A DNA stretch of 64,000 nucleotides, taken from positions 1 to 64,000 of the forward strand of contig JAYUVP010000098.1 in assembly GCA_043753995.1 (NCBI GenBank), read 5' to 3'. Every line of letters begins with the position of its first letter. The first letter of the stretch is position 1. This document shows, piece after piece, positions 7,985-18,162 of the stretch. The stretch is from Fibrobacterota bacterium. Its GTDB lineage: Bacteria > Fibrobacterota > Fibrobacteria > UBA11236. Below the pieces are notes generated by a model. The model had not been told where the DNA came from and did not search any database. It worked only from the letters and a program-made list of their open reading frames with translations. A program made the position numbers and the translations under genes.

Positions 7985-10564
7985 ATGGCATTTCGAAAAT
8001 GGCCAGGAATCAGCTTTGCTTTGTTATTCGGCCCTTCCCTCGGGGCCGCCCAGGCCCAGTCTAGTTGGGCTCCGGTGGACGGACCCTCGCCTGCGGGCGT
8101 GAAGGCTGTCGTCTCCCTAGACAATGTCGTACTGGCCTCCAGTCCCCACCATATCTTCCGCACCTTGAAGACCGAAGGCCCTTGGAGCGACTCCCTGTTT
8201 CCGGAAGGCGTGAATCCGGATTTCATGCAAGCCCTGGACTCCCTGGTTTTCGCCGCCCAAGGGACCACGATATTCCGTTCAGCGGATCGCGGACTCACCT
8301 GGAATCGTACGGTTGAGACTGGCTTCTCGGGCTCGCCCCGTCGCATTTTCCGGTCGAGCGGATCCCTGGCCATGGTCACTACCGATGGACGATACCTGTC
8401 CTCCGCCAACCAAGGCGTCACGTGGACAGCTTATCAACAAAGCCCTTCGGGATATGCCTATAGCCAATTGCTGCTCCACGATTCTTTGCTCTTCGCGGGA
8501 ACAGATAATGGCCTCTATGTTTCGTCCAACCATGGAGCGAACTGGAAGCGATTGCGAAGCGGATTGCCCGCCGGCCAAATTATTCTACTTGAACGAATGC
8601 TGGGAAAGCTTTTCCTCGGCATTGGCGGGCAAGGGCTTTTCGTCTCCACTAATCTCGGTGAGACCTGGGCCAAGGTGGATGGAGGTCTGGCCAGGGCGAG
8701 AGTCGATTACTCGGGCGGGATGGGAATGGCAGCCAGCGGCAATCTGCTACTTCTTGCGTCAAGCGGGCCCGGCGGGGTTTTGGGCTCGCGTGATTCCGGT
8801 AAGACCTGGACGCCCTTCAATCAGGGTCTGCCTTCAAACCGACAGGGAGGCGTCACCCTATACACAAACTTCAATATTGTTTTCCAGGCCGATACGGCCT
8901 TTGTCTCCACTGCCGTGGGTGTCTACCGATCTACTAACGGTGGCGTGCAGTGGAGCGCGGTCAACCAAGGTCTGCCTCCTACATCAGATGCCTTCCTCGG
9001 ACTTGGCGCGGCAGGTGCGGACCTATACGCTTCCATCTATGACGAAGAGCAAGGCCACGCCTACCGTTCCAGCGATGGTGGGAGAAGTTGGAAAAAAGCC
9101 GACAGCCTTCTGGATGGCCTGCGGCGAATGCGTGCGGAAGAGAAAGACTGGTTCGCGATCACGGACCAGGGTATGGCGCACTCCACCGATAGCGGCAAGA
9201 CATGGGCTTCGGTGGCGGGGCCCTGGAAATCCAGCCAAGGGCCCATTGCCTTCGATTTCCGAGGGAACGATTTGGCGGTGGCCCATCACTTCGAAGGGGC
9301 CACCCTGTTCTGTTCTCCCGACAAAGGCGAGACGTGGAATGCCGAAGTGGAGAGTCGCCCCACGGCGCGATGGGGCGACTTGCATTTCCAAGCTATGGCC
9401 AATCGCCTACGCATTTCCACCGATGGCGGACGGACTTGGATCACTCAGTCCACGGTATTCCCGGAGGCCGTGATCGATCTTAAAGCCGGTACCGGGAATC
9501 TCGCCTTATTGTCCGACACCAGTCTCTTTGTCTCGTCGGATTCTGGCCGCACCTGGAAGCAACCCAGCGGCCTGATGGAAAAGCTGAGAGTCAATTCCAT
9601 TGCCATGGTCGGCTCCCGGCTCTATGCAGCGACCTGGAAAGGGCTGATGCTTTCCTTGGATGGAGGGATGCAGTGGAAAGTCCTCGCCCAGGGATTGCCC
9701 GTGGCCGATATCCAAGCTCTGGTCGCAAGCGAAGGGCGGCTTTTTGCCGCCGATGTCCAGGGACTCCATCTCCGCGAAGGAAGTGCGACAGGTTGGAAAA
9801 CCATCAACGCTGCGCCTGCGGGCATACAGCAGTTGGCGGTTTGGAAGAATGGGGTACTGGCTGGCACACAAAGCGGGCGACTTTGGATGTCCAAGGACGG
9901 AGGAACGACTTGGGCATCGACCGGAGATACGGTTTCCGGAAGGCCCATCCTTTCCCTGGCCATGGGCCCTGGACTGGCCTTCGTCTCCAAGTCTAACGGC
10001 CTATTCCGCACCTCCGACAGTGGAAAGACTTGGGAACCGGTTTTGTCGGCCGACATCATTCCGGCTCCAACCTCCATTGCTCTCGGAAACGCATTTCTCT
10101 ATGCGGCGTCAGGATACAATTCGTATCGCTCCCGGGACGGGGGATTGCATTGGTCGCTTCTGCCCAGGCCTAGGGATTGGGTGCCGCGTTATTTGGTCGC
10201 CGAGGGCGGTGAACTGTATGGTGCCGATGACAATGGGGTCCATTCGAGCCAGGACCAAGGAGGCCAGTGGGCATGGGCTTCTCCGCCCATCCCGTTCAAT
10301 CCTGTCGTGCGCTTGGCCTATGCGGGTGGGCGGGTTTATATCGCGGGTTCGGGTGGTACCGGGCTTTATGTCCTTGAGCAGGCTCCTACCGGGCTCCTGG
10401 GCCATGCGCCAGGGGTTCTCGCCGAGGACATACGCCTGGGAAGGCAGGGTGGAAAGGCGGTTTTCCGGTGGGGTTTACCCAGTCACGGACCGGTGGGTGG
10501 GAAGATCTATTCGGCGACAGGAAGGCATGTCGACACCGATGCAATGCGAGGGGTGAAGCCATGA
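7985..10564 (+). CDS. Secreted BNR/Asp-box (VPS10/Ycf48-like) beta-propeller protein
   Basis: Signal peptide; more than 12 SxDxGxTW motifs; C-terminal tail GKIYSATGR. Confidence 0.9.
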   Translation: MAFRKWPGISFALLFGPSLGAAQAQSSWAPVDGPSPAGVKAVVSLDNVVLASSPHHIFRTLKTEGPWSDSLFPEGVNPDFMQALDSLVFAAQGTTIFRSADRGLTWNRTVETGFSGSPRRIFRSSGSLAMVTTDGRYLSSANQGVTWTAYQQSPSGYAYSQLLLHDSLLFAGTDNGLYVSSNHGANWKRLRSGLPAGQIILLERMLGKLFLGIGGQGLFVSTNLGETWAKVDGGLARARVDYSGGMGMAASGNLLLLASSGPGGVLGSRDSGKTWTPFNQGLPSNRQGGVTLYTNFNIVFQADTAFVSTAVGVYRSTNGGVQWSAVNQGLPPTSDAFLGLGAAGADLYASIYDEEQGHAYRSSDGGRSWKKADSLLDGLRRMRAEEKDWFAITDQGMAHSTDSGKTWASVAGPWKSSQGPIAFDFRGNDLAVAHHFEGATLFCSPDKGETWNAEVESRPTARWGDLHFQAMANRLRISTDGGRTWITQSTVFPEAVIDLKAGTGNLALLSDTSLFVSSDSGRTWKQPSGLMEKLRVNSIAMVGSRLYAATWKGLMLSLDGGMQWKVLAQGLPVADIQALVASEGRLFAADVQGLHLREGSATGWKTINAAPAGIQQLAVWKNGVLAGTQSGRLWMSKDGGTTWASTGDTVSGRPILSLAMGPGLAFVSKSNGLFRTSDSGKTWEPVLSADIIPAPTSIALGNAFLYAASGYNSYRSRDGGLHWSLLPRPRDWVPRYLVAEGGELYGADDNGVHSSQDQGGQWAWASPPIPFNPVVRLAYAGGRVYIAGSGGTGLYVLEQAPTGLLGHAPGVLAEDIRLGRQGGKAVFRWGLPSHGPVGGKIYSATGRHVDTDAMRGVKP

Positions 10565-12528
10565 AAGTCTCAAGACCCGGAAAATTCCTTTTCCTGTTTT
10601 TGTCGGTTTCGCTCTCCTTAATTTCGGCTAGGGCTGCCCAGCTCAACTGGAAAAAAGTGGCTGGCCCGGAAGGGGGAGACATTCAGGGGCTCGCGGCCTC
10701 GGGGGATACCGTTATGGCGACCACCGCCCAGGGGGACTATTACCGATCTAGCGATGGAGGCAAGTCCTGGTCGCTGCTATACCGCAGGGTGGCACTGGAT
10801 TATGGATACTTCGGCCCATTGAGGATGGAACCGCTTTTTCTGGGCGACCGGATTTTAGGCACCGACGGCATGGGTAGCCTCCTGCTATTCCAGGGGGGCC
10901 GCACCGATCGCATTCCGCTCAATCCGCCCGACCCTTTCCCAATTTATCGGCCGGTCAGTTTTTTCCAACAGGGCAATGGCTTGTTTGCCTTGTCAGGGGG
11001 TATTTCCGCATCCGCTGACAGCGGAAAGACCTGGACATTTCGAACCGATATGCTGGGGGATCGGGGGCCGGTTTCCGACTTGGCCGGTGACGGGACATCC
11101 CTCTATGCCATGAATGGAACCGGGGATCTTTTTGCCAGCCAGGATCAAGGCCAGACTTGGTCCTCGATTCGCAATGACCTCGGACGTGAGGTCTCCTTCG
11201 GGGGATTGGTGGGCCTGCCTGGAGGCCTCATGGCGTGGTGGCAAGACGGGGAAATCCTAAGGCTTCGCCGTCAGGGGGACAGCTTGCTCGCCTCTTCCGC
11301 CAAACTCCCAGGCCGGGGACCTTGGAGGGTGCGCTGTATCGGAAGCAAGCTATTCGCCTCGGGATCTCTGGGTATATCCCAATCCTCCGACGGCGGTCTC
11401 ACGTGGACTTTGTTGACCAGCGCGCCCCCTAATTCCATCCAGGCCTTGGTGGAAATTCCGGGAGGGCATTTCTTAGCGGGAACCCGTGACGGCCTTTATT
11501 TATGGAACCGGCTCACGGGCCAATGGAGCCTATCCCAGTCGGGGCTCAAAGCCGTGGAAATTCAATTTCTCGCGAAACAGGAAAACGCCCTGCTGGCCCT
11601 CGGCCATCATACCCTGCATCGCTCTCCTGACGGCGGAGCCACATGGCATCGCATTTTCGCCCCGGGCATAGCCATGTTCACCAAGCTGGTCTCCCTATCA
11701 CCCGATTTCTTGGTCTTCGACGATTCCGCTAGGATTTTCCCAGTAGGTCCGGGCGACACTCTGGGAAAGGACATTTCACGGGAATTCCCCGCCGTCCGGC
11801 CCCAGGACTTGGGACGTTCGGGAAGGCATTGGATAACCATGGCTTCCAACGGTGTGTCGCATATCTCTCATGACAATCGAAAGGCATGGTCGGCCGTGGA
11901 TACCCTTGTGACTTTCAGGCCGCTTATCCGTATGGCCATGCAAGGCTCGCGCATCATCATGCAAGGCCCCAAGGATTCGGTTAGGTATTCTCTAGACACC
12001 GGATTTACCTGGAAAATCGCGCCTCCACCCGCAAGACAGAATCTTCAGATGACCCTTTCCGGCAAGATTTGGCTGGCCACCGGGGGCGGGCTATTCCGGA
12101 GCGAGGATCCCACCGCTGGCTGGGAAACCGTTGCACTAGGACAGGCCGGCGCCCGGGTCCAGAGCTTGATCCGAAACGGAATAACCCTGTTTGCGACCAC
12201 CGATATCGGTCTCTATGCCAGTGAGGATCATGGAGCCACTTGGGAAAGCGTGTTCACCGGAATGTTACGGAGCGAATTCGAAACGCTGAAAACCGGCGCA
12301 ACCGTGCTATGGGCTAAGACCGAAACGGGGGCTTGGTGGGTGGCTGGCCTTGAGGAAACATCGCCGACCAGCGTTCGTGCCCAAGCCTCTCCTTCCGGTT
12401 CCGATTTGCCTCGCCTCAACCGCCCCCCTGGGCGATCGAAGCAGGCCATTCAGGACTTGCGGCGGAAACCCCCTGCTCGGCAATATGTCTACCCCGTTTC
12501 CGCAAACGGTAGGCGAATCATTTACTAA
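10561..12528 (+). CDS. Second secreted BNR/Asp-box beta-propeller protein
   Basis: Start MKVSRPG overlaps the upstream stop (ATGA); signal peptide; many SxDxGxTW motifs; basic tail ending SANGRRIIY. Confidence 0.9.
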   Translation: MKVSRPGKFLFLFLSVSLSLISARAAQLNWKKVAGPEGGDIQGLAASGDTVMATTAQGDYYRSSDGGKSWSLLYRRVALDYGYFGPLRMEPLFLGDRILGTDGMGSLLLFQGGRTDRIPLNPPDPFPIYRPVSFFQQGNGLFALSGGISASADSGKTWTFRTDMLGDRGPVSDLAGDGTSLYAMNGTGDLFASQDQGQTWSSIRNDLGREVSFGGLVGLPGGLMAWWQDGEILRLRRQGDSLLASSAKLPGRGPWRVRCIGSKLFASGSLGISQSSDGGLTWTLLTSAPPNSIQALVEIPGGHFLAGTRDGLYLWNRLTGQWSLSQSGLKAVEIQFLAKQENALLALGHHTLHRSPDGGATWHRIFAPGIAMFTKLVSLSPDFLVFDDSARIFPVGPGDTLGKDISREFPAVRPQDLGRSGRHWITMASNGVSHISHDNRKAWSAVDTLVTFRPLIRMAMQGSRIIMQGPKDSVRYSLDTGFTWKIAPPPARQNLQMTLSGKIWLATGGGLFRSEDPTAGWETVALGQAGARVQSLIRNGITLFATTDIGLYASEDHGATWESVFTGMLRSEFETLKTGATVLWAKTETGAWWVAGLEETSPTSVRAQASPSGSDLPRLNRPPGRSKQAIQDLRRKPPARQYVYPVSANGRRIIY

Positions 12529-15500
12529 CCGTGACGGTAAAGGCGCTGGTCGCGCCTCCATCCGTCGCCACCAAGGTGATGATGGCCACGCCTTTCTTCT
12601 TGGCCTTGACGTCATGTCCTTTTACGGATGCGATATTGGGCGAGTCCGAAATCATGGTAAAGGCGGTATTTCCCGAATTGGCGGGCGTGAAAACCGGGAT
12701 GATGGTGGCGGAGTCTCCATCTACCAAGGCCAGATCCGGAGCGGAAATGGTTTGGACCGGTACCCTGACCGTGACGGTGAAGGTGCTCGAAGGCCCGTCC
12801 GCGGACGTGACGGTGAGGATGGCGGTTCCGCCCGCGACGGCATGCAATTGGTTGCCCACCACCGAAACCACGGTGGGGGCTGCGCTGACCAGGGTATAGG
12901 CTTTATTCGTCGCATTGGCGGGTGTGAAGGTGATCACGGGTGCCCTATCCGCTGCACCCAGGACCATGGCCACGTCGGGAGAAGCGATGTCCGTCACGAG
13001 TATTGCGGGAATCGATACGGTGACGGTGAAGGTGCTGGTAGGCCCATCCGCCGAGGTCACCGTGAGGGTGGCGGTGCCTCCCGCGACGGCATGTAATTGG
13101 TTGCCCACCACCGAAACCACGGTGGGGGCTGCGCTGACCAGGGTATAGGCTTTATTCGTCGCATTGGCGGGTGTGAAGGTGATCACGGGCGTCCTATCCG
13201 CTGCACCCAAGAGCATGGCCACGTCAGGAGCGGCAATGGCCGTCACGAGGGTTACAGGAGTCGATACCGTGACGGTGAAGGTACTGGACGGCCCGTCCAC
13301 CGAGGTAATGGTTAAGGTCGCCGCGCCCGCCGTGACGGCATGCACTCTGGTGCCAACGACGGAAGCCACCGTTGTGTCGTCGCTGGACAAGGTATAGGCT
13401 TTATGAGTTGCTGCCGCAGGAAAGAAAGCAACCGTTGGGGACGCATCGGCTGCGCCCAGGAGCAAGCCCATAGGGCTAGCGGAAATGGCGGTCACCAAGG
13501 TAACTGCCGTGGTCACCGTAGCCTGGAAGGTACTGGTTGGTCCATCCGCGGAAGTGAGGGTAATGATAGCCGTTCCAGCCGCAACGGCATGCAGCTTATT
13601 AGCTACGACGGAGACCACGGTAGGAGAGGCACTGGCGAGGGAATAGGTCTTATTGGTGGCGCCAGCCGGGGTATAGGTCACCACGGGTGATGTATCCGCG
13701 CCTCCGAGGATCAAGGCCACATTTCCAGCGGAAATGGCGGTCAACCCCACCGAAACCGTGGCTCGGAAGGTGGTTGTCGGCCCATCTGCGGCGGTGACGG
13801 TAATGACGGCGGTTCCGCCCCCGACCGCATGCAATTGGGATCCGGATACGGACGCCACTCCTGGAGACGCGCTCGTCAAAGAATAGGCTTTATTGGTCGC
13901 GGCTGCGGGAATGAAAGAAACCGCCGGGGTAATATCCGGGGCGCCCAGGGCCAAGGCCACGTCGGGGGAGGTAATGGAGGTGGTACGTACCGTGACCGTG
14001 ACCCTAAAGGTGGCCACCGGTCCATCGGCGGAGGTGATGAGGATGGTCGCGGTTCCTCCGGCCCCCGCATGAAGTTGGTTGCCGACTACGGAGACCACGG
14101 TGGGCGCATCGCTTTTGAGCGTATAGGATTTGTTGGTAGCCGATGCGGGAGCGAAGGTTACGAGCGGAGTGAAATTCGGGGAACCAAGCACCACAGCTTG
14201 ATCGGCTGACGAAACGGCCGTCGTTCGCACCGTCACGCCAACTCTGAAAATACTCGAAGGGCCGTCCAGGGAGGTGATTGTGATATTCGCATTGCCACCG
14301 GAGACCGCATGCAATTTCGCGCCGGAAACGGAAACCACATTGATATTATCGCTCTTGAGGGTGTACCCGCGATTGGTGACAATCAGTGGCAAGTAGGAAA
14401 CCTCGGGGGCTAGGTCGGAACCTCCCAGTACCAGACCCAAGTCTTTGGCCGAGATGGCAAGCACCGGAATGGTCAGAATGGGAGCGGGCCTTACCGTGAC
14501 TGAGAAGACCGCCGTGAGCCCCTTGCCCAGGGTTTTGAGGGTCACGTCGGCGTTACCAGCCGCGATCGGTTTGCATTTCGGAACCCCGCCTTCCATCACC
14601 ACGAGCACCTTACCAGGATCGGAGCTGGTCAGAGCATAACTGCGATTGGTCACATTGGAGGGAGTCCAGGTAATCATGGGGGCTTGCGCAGCCCCGTCCG
14701 CGATCATTTCCAGGGAGGCCGCGCTGACCGCAGTTTCGTAGTGGTTGGTGTCGGTGACAAGGACATTGGCCTGGAATTGTGTCATGAATCCCCCATCATC
14801 ACTCCGCGCTCGGATGGTGGCGGATCCGGGCTTCAAGGGAATGAGGTCCATGCCGGAAACCTTGACCGTGGTCTCATCTAGGCTTTGCAGGGAATAACCC
14901 TGGTTCGCGGCATCCCGGGGCAGGATGGAAACCGAGGGCCTGGCCTTTTGCACGCCCATCGGGATATAAATCGCTTGCGCCTCGATTCCGGTCACGGCGG
15001 TCACTTTAGGTGGCACCACTACGGTATCGCGGATGGTATCGCGAGGTGGAATGACAACGACGGGTGTGGTGTCTAGGGGAGGTAGGACGACTGGCGTCGA
15101 GTCCTTGGGTGGTAGGACGACGGGTAAGCTGTCCTTGGGTGGAAGGATGACGGGGGTAGAGTCTTTAGGCGGAACGAGGATAGGTGTGGAGTCCTTAGGG
15201 GGTAGGACAACGAGTAGGGAATCCTTGGGAGGGACGGCAACCTGTATGGAGTCCTTGGGGGGGGGGACAACCGTAATACTGTCTTTCCTGGGTGGGGCGA
15301 CAGGGAGGGTGTCCACCCGAGGTAGGCCCGCAATCACGTTTGCGGCTTGAATCGCCGCATTCTCCTTGGCCAGCCGCAAGCATTCCGTGGGAGTATCCTT
15401 GCAGTTACGGGCATAGGCTTCCACGCTATCCGCTATCCCGTTACCGTCTAGGTCTCGCTTCCATTCCTCGCTGATGGCATCGGAATCGGAAAGGAATGGG

Positions 15501-15583
15501 TTATCATATTTGCGATCCAAGCAGCCGGATAATGCAATGAGGGCGCAACCCGCCAGGCCGAAAAGAAGGTTCTTGTGATTCAT
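12518..15583 (-). CDS. Surface lipoprotein: Pro-rich PPKDS stalk plus about 10 Big_2-type Ig-like repeats
   Basis: Lipobox LSGC after MNHKNLL; DLDGNGIAD Ca-binding-like motif; about 80-aa units PxNATNKxYTL...GxAxITVTSADG. Confidence 0.9.
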   Translation of the reverse strand: MNHKNLLFGLAGCALIALSGCLDRKYDNPFLSDSDAISEEWKRDLDGNGIADSVEAYARNCKDTPTECLRLAKENAAIQAANVIAGLPRVDTLPVAPPRKDSITVVPPPKDSIQVAVPPKDSLLVVLPPKDSTPILVPPKDSTPVILPPKDSLPVVLPPKDSTPVVLPPLDTTPVVVIPPRDTIRDTVVVPPKVTAVTGIEAQAIYIPMGVQKARPSVSILPRDAANQGYSLQSLDETTVKVSGMDLIPLKPGSATIRARSDDGGFMTQFQANVLVTDTNHYETAVSAASLEMIADGAAQAPMITWTPSNVTNRSYALTSSDPGKVLVVMEGGVPKCKPIAAGNADVTLKTLGKGLTAVFSVTVRPAPILTIPVLAISAKDLGLVLGGSDLAPEVSYLPLIVTNRGYTLKSDNINVVSVSGAKLHAVSGGNANITITSLDGPSSIFRVGVTVRTTAVSSADQAVVLGSPNFTPLVTFAPASATNKSYTLKSDAPTVVSVVGNQLHAGAGGTATILITSADGPVATFRVTVTVRTTSITSPDVALALGAPDITPAVSFIPAAATNKAYSLTSASPGVASVSGSQLHAVGGGTAVITVTAADGPTTTFRATVSVGLTAISAGNVALILGGADTSPVVTYTPAGATNKTYSLASASPTVVSVVANKLHAVAAGTAIITLTSADGPTSTFQATVTTAVTLVTAISASPMGLLLGAADASPTVAFFPAAATHKAYTLSSDDTTVASVVGTRVHAVTAGAATLTITSVDGPSSTFTVTVSTPVTLVTAIAAPDVAMLLGAADRTPVITFTPANATNKAYTLVSAAPTVVSVVGNQLHAVAGGTATLTVTSADGPTSTFTVTVSIPAILVTDIASPDVAMVLGAADRAPVITFTPANATNKAYTLVSAAPTVVSVVGNQLHAVAGGTAILTVTSADGPSSTFTVTVRVPVQTISAPDLALVDGDSATIIPVFTPANSGNTAFTMISDSPNIASVKGHDVKAKKKGVAIITLVATDGGATSAFTVTVSK
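12768..13514 (-). repeat. 249-bp tandem Ig-domain repeats (most similar copies)
   Basis: Unit boundaries at 12768, 13017 and 13266 with long identical stretches. Confidence 0.85.
15025..15325 (-). repeat. 33-bp (11-aa) Pro-rich tandem repeat, about 8-9 copies
   Basis: VVLPPKDSTPV-type units. Confidence 0.9.
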
Positions 15584-15600
15584 GGGCGTTCCGCCTTTTT

Positions 15601-16863
15601 TTAAAAAGTCCATACCACTATGCTGGCCCCGAGACTCAGCAACGCCAAGCCCCCGAACACTAAGGCCCGCTGATCTTTTTCCTGAGCCTTCGCTTTGAAG
15701 GCTTGCGCGGTTGGCGTGCTATAAGCCGCTTCGGCGTGTTTGTAGGCGCGATCCGCATCATGACGCATGACCAGGGCATAGGCCGTCAAGCCCACCGCGG
15801 CCGAAATTCCCGCAGCCGACCAAAGGCCGCGAGTCCACTTGGAACGAGGCGCACCTGCTTTCCTGGCGGAGCGGGAGGCCACTTCCTTGGACGGACCATT
15901 GAGCGTGGCGAAAAACCGGTTTTCATGATGCAGAATTTCTTGGAAATCGCGCTTGGAATTGGATGGCCAATCCCGGATGCGGTGTTTCCCGACGATGTCG
16001 AACAAAGCGAGATCCAAGCGCATTCCCCGCGCGTCCTTACCGAGCTTGGAATGCACCAGATAGGCCACATTCAGTCGGGCTCCGAGGGCAATCATGCCGG
16101 AATCCGAGGTCTCGATATTCTGGAGCGGAATTTTCATGGCCGCCAGGAGCTCTTGCAATTCCTTCTGGCTCATCAAGTCATATCGGCGCGAAGCATTCAC
16201 ATGGGTCGACACTCTCTCGGAGAGTACGCGGGATTCGGGAGATTCCGGGCTGAGATCGACCACAGCCATGAGTCCACGGCTTGTTTTTCGGGACAAATCG
16301 AGTTGCTTCGGATCCAGGCCCGCAGCAAAAGCGCTCAACTTAGCCTTGAGCGGGGCGTCGCCGCCTATCCCTGGATTGCGGGATACATCACCGGCTTCCG
16401 CGCGCACGACCTGGCTGGTTGGGACGTGCATGACATTCAAGGTATAGGCGAAAATCCCGTCCAACGGAGTGATGGTACCGAAGAGGACATACTCCGAAAG
16501 CAGGATATTGCCTGCGTCGAACCCGCATTGAAATTCGTGACAATGAGTCGTGGAGTCCCAACCGAACTCTCTCATTTTGTTTTCCATCAAGGCGCGCGGA
16601 ATGGGGGCGAACTTTTTTGAAGCCAGGGCGCCAGAACGAAGGATGTCCCCAAAGAGAGGCAGGATCTGATTCGCAGCGACATTCACGGGGTCAAGAATGG
16701 CAAGTCCGGGATGGGGATTCGCCGAAGGGAGGGGATCCGAAGTTGCGGGTGGCTGTCGGTCCGACGAATCGGAAGGGGAGGCCAAGGGAATGGTCAGCGC
16801 GAGGCACGCGACCAATACCGCTGGCAATGCGAAAACCATATCCAATCCTTTGCCGGGCCTCAC
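15601..16863 (-). CDS. Exported protein with two CsgG/TolB_N-like alpha-beta domains and a C-terminal hydrophobic pair
   Basis: Signal peptide; C..FQCGFDAGNILLSEYVLFGTI and LGARLNVAYLVHSKL motifs; two C-terminal hydrophobic segments; start uncertain. Confidence 0.7.
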   Translation of the reverse strand: MRPGKGLDMVFALPAVLVACLALTIPLASPSDSSDRQPPATSDPLPSANPHPGLAILDPVNVAANQILPLFGDILRSGALASKKFAPIPRALMENKMREFGWDSTTHCHEFQCGFDAGNILLSEYVLFGTITPLDGIFAYTLNVMHVPTSQVVRAEAGDVSRNPGIGGDAPLKAKLSAFAAGLDPKQLDLSRKTSRGLMAVVDLSPESPESRVLSERVSTHVNASRRYDLMSQKELQELLAAMKIPLQNIETSDSGMIALGARLNVAYLVHSKLGKDARGMRLDLALFDIVGKHRIRDWPSNSKRDFQEILHHENRFFATLNGPSKEVASRSARKAGAPRSKWTRGLWSAAGISAAVGLTAYALVMRHDADRAYKHAEAAYSTPTAQAFKAKAQEKDQRALVFGGLALLSLGASIVVWTF

Positions 16864-16968
16864 CAGCCCGATTCAGGAAGAGCACTCACTCCACCCGGCA
16901 ATGGATATGCTCGGATTGACTGTCTTTGTGAATGAGGGTTAACCCGCACCGCGCATGGGGTCTATACC

Positions 16969-18162
16969 CTAATGCAGCTCCATCTGCGAACCCACGATTT
17001 TGCTCTCGGGGCTTCTCACATTTTGAATAGCGGCTACCGTCACGATCTTGCCTGAAACCCAAAGGGAGGGCGAAGTCAGCGGGTCTGCCGAAGCGAATTC
17101 CACGGCCGGCACTTCCTGTTTGAATTCCTTGTCGGTGCTGGCCTTTTCAATTCGGCGAATACCCAGTATTCCTCCGCCTTGAGTCGTGGCCAAAACGATC
17201 AGGCTGGAATCCGTCGCTAGCGCGTCGAATTCGAATACCGGCTCCTTCTCCAGATCCAAATCCATTGCGACCCAAGTTTGAAAATTGCCGTCCATGCGGA
17301 AGGCGTCCAGGTATCCGAGAGACAAAATCGAGCCGTTGCCAGCCATGCGTCCCGCTTCCAGCGACCCGTCGATTTCGGCCTTTACCTTCACGATTAAGAT
17401 AAAGCCCGCTTGGCATCGCACTAATTTCGCATCGAGCGGCAAGCCTCGCCAATTCGTGTCCATGGCCTGGTACTTGGCGAAAGATCCATCGGAATTGCGC
17501 CTGAAAATCACCACCTGGGGATCTCCGTCCAACAAAGCAATCGAAGCGATGGGATCCCGGGACTCCCCATCGGGCCGGGAAAAATGCGGAGCTCCGAAAA
17601 CACCGAAAGGCGTCTGCTCATTCACCATTCCTTCTTCGCTATCCAAAGAATTGCGAATGGCGAGCTGCACCACGGCGCTGCCGGCTTGAGTCCACACCAT
17701 CGAGATCGAGCCATCGGCATGTTGCGCGGCATCCCAAGCGGGCGGAGGCCCGGGCAAGGCGGACACTGGAGGCAGGTCGCCCGGCGGCAATGCCTCTGAT
17801 GTTTTCAAATACCCCGAAGCACTGCCTTCTTGAATGGAAGCCAAGGTCAAGGCGAAGCCTTCCTTGCCCAGTCGCGAAGCTATCAGATGAGGAGCTTTGG
17901 AGCCGACAAGCCGGATGGCCGTCAAGGTCGAATCTCCATTTGTCCCCGCAGTCTCTTGGGGTATCAAAGGCGTTACGGGGGAGAGTTTCATTTCCATGAC
18001 CTTATTCCTCGGTGCGGCGCAAGCCGTGATTAGCGCCGCAACTAGGCAGCATGCCCTGGCAAAGCTCAGGGCCCCGGCGCGTCGGTTGTAAAGTTTCCTA
18101 TGACACGATTCCGACCCGCTAGAGCCTATCTCAAAAGGAGTTTTGAGATAGGCTCTAGACAT
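16969..18162 (-). CDS. Hypothetical, possible lipoprotein; candidate immunity protein
   Basis: 397-aa ORF overlapping the upstream gene by 8 bp; hydrophobic stretch ending LITAC; true start uncertain. Confidence 0.6.
   Translation of the reverse strand: MSRAYLKTPFEIGSSGSESCHRKLYNRRAGALSFARACCLVAALITACAAPRNKVMEMKLSPVTPLIPQETAGTNGDSTLTAIRLVGSKAPHLIASRLGKEGFALTLASIQEGSASGYLKTSEALPPGDLPPVSALPGPPPAWDAAQHADGSISMVWTQAGSAVVQLAIRNSLDSEEGMVNEQTPFGVFGAPHFSRPDGESRDPIASIALLDGDPQVVIFRRNSDGSFAKYQAMDTNWRGLPLDAKLVRCQAGFILIVKVKAEIDGSLEAGRMAGNGSILSLGYLDAFRMDGNFQTWVAMDLDLEKEPVFEFDALATDSSLIVLATTQGGGILGIRRIEKASTDKEFKQEVPAVEFASADPLTSPSLWVSGKIVTVAAIQNVRSPESKIVGSQMELH

Noticed and set aside
8313..10556. Long alternate-frame ORFs (386 aa, 298 aa) inside the BNR gene
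   Set aside because: Arg/Pro/Ser-rich shadow frames typical of GC-rich DNA, with no motifs
10468..10560. Upstream extension of the second BNR gene (similarly 33206, 35002, 5798 and 29345 extensions)
   Set aside because: Downstream ATGs give proper signal peptides, RBS or ATGA coupling
12350..13690. Repetitive plus-strand ORFs opposite the Big_2 repeats
   Set aside because: Antisense mirrors of the coding repeat
15025..15325. 33-bp periodic repeats as a possible CRISPR array
   Set aside because: In-frame coding repeats without unique spacers; no cas genes
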